Of a DNA stretch of 64,000 nucleotides, positions 61,207-64,000 are shown piece after piece. Made by a program: the position numbers and the translations under genes. This stretch comes from Squalus acanthias (taxonomy: Eukaryota), in contig CM059432.1 in NCBI GenBank assembly GCA_030390025.1, positions 46,378,001-46,442,000 of the forward strand, in the 5' to 3' direction. The notes beneath the pieces were generated by a model that saw only the letters and a program-made list of their open reading frames with translations, was not told the DNA's origin and made no database searches. Every line of letters begins with the position of its first letter. Positions within the stretch are counted from its first letter, which is position 1.

Positions 61207-62524
61207 GTACCTGTACTCACACATCATCCAATAAGCAGCTTTGCTTAGTATTCATCGGGACATGAACTGTAAAGATAAAAAGAAAAAAGTCTTAGTTCTG
61301 TAAATCTGAAATGAGAACAGAAAATGCTGGAAATGCACAACCTGTTAGCATCTGAAGAGAAAGAACTCAGACAAGGGTCCCACTTGAAATGCTGCTCTAT
61401 CTTTCACTTTTAGGCACTGAGCTTCGGCATGTTCCTTTTTAATTTCAGTGATCTGTAAAGTATTACTTGCTAGGAATCTAGCAGCAACCTGTTTGTCACT
61501 GACAAGTAAAAATTGATTTTCTGTAGGGCATGCGTAAAGCTGAATGTATGCCAGCAAGCTTTATTACATATTTACTATTTTAGGAGCGAAATAACACGGT
61601 CAATTGTCGGGTGAAAGTAAATATGTTATTGTTGCCCTGTTTTGCTGCCGGCACTTACATTCAGCTGTTTGAGACTGAAATTGTTTGAAAGTAATTTTGA
61701 CAAGAAGTCATAATGATGACTAGTCCCCCAAGACTCGAAGCTGTGGTAAAGTGCAAACATTTTCGCTAGAAGGGTAATTTTCTCACTTTGCCTTCCTGGC
61801 AGGAAGCCTAACCTGCTGTTAGTGCACATCTGAAATTTGGATGTGCAGTTTTGCGTAACTTAATTTGAAATGGAACAGATACTCGATGAACTGAGATACT
61901 CAACATTCAATAGCTCTGCTTTAGAATAATGTTGTACATCGAGTGTCAGTCCAACCTGGCTAGTAAACAGCCAACTTTTTTGACAGGTTAGATACAATCC
62001 ACTTGTATTCCTAGATACCAGAGTAAAACAGTCTGCCTGTTTCAATAACTTATTGTAAAAAGGAAAATAAAAGTTTATAAAACATCAGATGCACATTTTA
62101 TGGATTGTGAATAAGCTATAACCATTCCAGGTACACCTTTTTGACACATACCCAACACAGCTCAAGACATTTACAGCATCTGTTAAACACAAAAGCAGAT
62201 TAGTGAGAAATCACAAGTGGATTAAGATTGTGCTGTGCAATAGTAGTAACAAACATGTTAGCATGTTCTACGAAATTCCTCTATCTTCTACTTTAACAAA
62301 GATAGTAATATATAAATGGGTTACAATAGAAGAAAAACAACTTCATAAACTTTAATAAATTTACTACTAATATCACAGTGTAATTCCAAACTAAAGGATT
62401 CACCACGGTTACTGTTGCAGCTGAAGAGGTGAAAGTTAGATAGTGCTGGTTGCTTTCTCTGATGCTGGCTGGCATTTATTTTAAAGTTAACTCCGTTTGA
62501 ATACCTGATAATGAAAAATGAGTA

Positions 62525-62680
62525 CTTAGAATGTCCCAGACTGCTTCACAGCCATATCATTACTTTTAAGTGTAGTCACTCTTGTTATGTAGACAACCAC
62601 GATAGCCAGTTTGCACACAGCAATGAACTAGTTACTCTGGTTCTTGGTGGTATTGAGGAATAAATGTTGGCCTGGTCATT
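62525..62680 (-). mobile_element. DeuSINE-like (SacSINE1-type) 3' portion
   Basis: Minus strand ggccaacatttattcctcaa, tgctgtgtgcaaactggct and gtgactacactt resemble the Deu domain as remembered. Confidence 0.6.
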
Positions 62681-62789
62681 GAAGGTTTATAAACTAACTA
62701 AAAATAGAAATTGAAAATGTCAGACTATGACTCCTAAGTGAATAGTGTTTATTTTTCCCCCTTTTCTCTCAAATGTATGGAATCATGCT

Positions 62790-63144
62790 TAGATACAGTT
62801 CCACAGGCACTAGCTGCCCTGCAGTACCTCACCCAAGTATCCACGCTTCATGTGTGAGGCTAGAAAGTGAGTATTGACAGGCTATTCAACTGCAGGAACC
62901 ATCACAGGCAAATCCACTCATAGCCTCACTCAACGTGCACACACATACCCTTTCTAGGATGGATCACTGGATAGTAATCAAGAATGGGTACTTGCACTAA
63001 TTTTGCCCCTCCCTAGCTCAGGAACAGTGAGGTTAATACCAGCGGCCCTGCATTTGTCCCAGCTGAGATTAGTCAACCCAGATGGAACTTTGATGGTCTG
63101 TCTGGCTCAGTCCACAGTGAGCAGTGCATTTTCCACCTGAGCCA
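62790..63144 (-). mobile_element. Old tRNA-derived SINE; related copies at about 57610-57680 and 58060-58335
   Basis: A-box TGGCTCAGGTGG starting at 63144 on minus. cctcacccaagt-like blocks recur in the other copies. Confidence 0.5.
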
Positions 63145-63156
63145 TTTTGAGAGTGT

Positions 63157-63800
63157 GGGCTAAATTTTAATGGGGAAGGCGGCTTGGGAGCAGGGGGCGG
63201 GGTGGGGGGGCTCCGAGGCGGTCGGGTAACCCGGGAGAGCGGGTATCCCACAGATCCTGCCAACTTTAACAGCAGAGCCTGATTTGAATGGGAAGCCTCT
63301 GTTTCCCATCCACAGCCAGCCAGATTGAGAGGAGGGATCGGAGGCCTGGGGCGGGGTGGGGGTGGGGGGGGGTAGGGGGAAGGCCTCGTGGAGGGATCGG
63401 ATGCCTAGGGGGAGGGAGGCCTTGTGGAAGGATCAGAGGCCGGGGGGGAGGTGTGGTGGTCTCCGGTCACGAGGGGTGGGTTAGGCAGGGATCCTGGATC
63501 CAGGAGGTTGGTGTAAAAGCACTTACCTCCTGGATCTAGCAGTCCTCACCTTGCGGGTTTGCAAAACACAACAGTTAAAACACAAAATGTAGGTTAAAGA
63601 AGAGGCTTCCAGCCTCGTTATAATATTTAAATAGATGGCCCGCCTCCTGGCTGCAGGTTGGCTGCCCGCCCCTGTCCCGCCTCCGTTAAATCCAAAAGTG
63701 GGCGGGTTGGAGGCGGGTTCAGGTCGGGATTCCGATTTTTAACACTTAAACTACCCCCACGCCCCCAACCCACCCATTTTTTTAGGTTATAATTCCCCCC
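63157..63800. mobile_element. Harbinger-type MITE
   Basis: Ends GGGCTAAATTTTAA / TTATAATTCCCCCC with flanks TGT/CGT. Confidence 0.75.
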
Positions 63801-64000
63801 CGTGTGAGTGTGTTTTACCAAATCGCACTTGCTACCACTTTAACATCCCAATTTCTCAGTTGCCTTCGGTATAACAGGTTACATCTTCTGTTATTTTAAT
63901 AACACGTCAAATGGCAATAAGTTAAAATGTGAAAAGTACAAAAAGACAAAGCTTGTAGAAAATCTTCTACTTTAAATAAAGAGCATTGCCTTTAACACCA

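Overview
Vertebrate genomic DNA, most likely from a cartilaginous fish (inferred from the repeat families). It lies inside a + strand membrane-type matrix metalloproteinase gene that best matches MMP16/MT3-MMP. Only two short coding exons are visible: 47784-47932 and 61084-61206, encoding the prodomain, the PRCGVPD cysteine switch and the RRKR furin site. The rest is intron filled with nested transposable elements. (i) Many CR1 LINEs, including a near-intact young copy at 8235-12469 with an open ORF1 and a single-base frameshift in ORF2. (ii) A second CR1-group LINE family and several L2 remnants. (iii) More than a dozen PIF/Harbinger elements and MITEs, plus one hAT MITE and one pogo/Tigger-type MITE. 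(iv) Old tRNA-derived SINEs. (v) A decayed Ty3/Gypsy gag-pol on the minus strand that can be reassembled from about seven fragments spread over about 21 kb and is almost invisible in the ORF track. (vi) Penelope-like element ends carrying minimal type I hammerhead ribozymes, including a TSD-bounded tandem pair with cleavage sites 392 nt apart (retrozyme-like, candidate circular RNA source). Element boundaries without a stated TSD/TIR are approximate, and family names come from motif recognition, not database searches.
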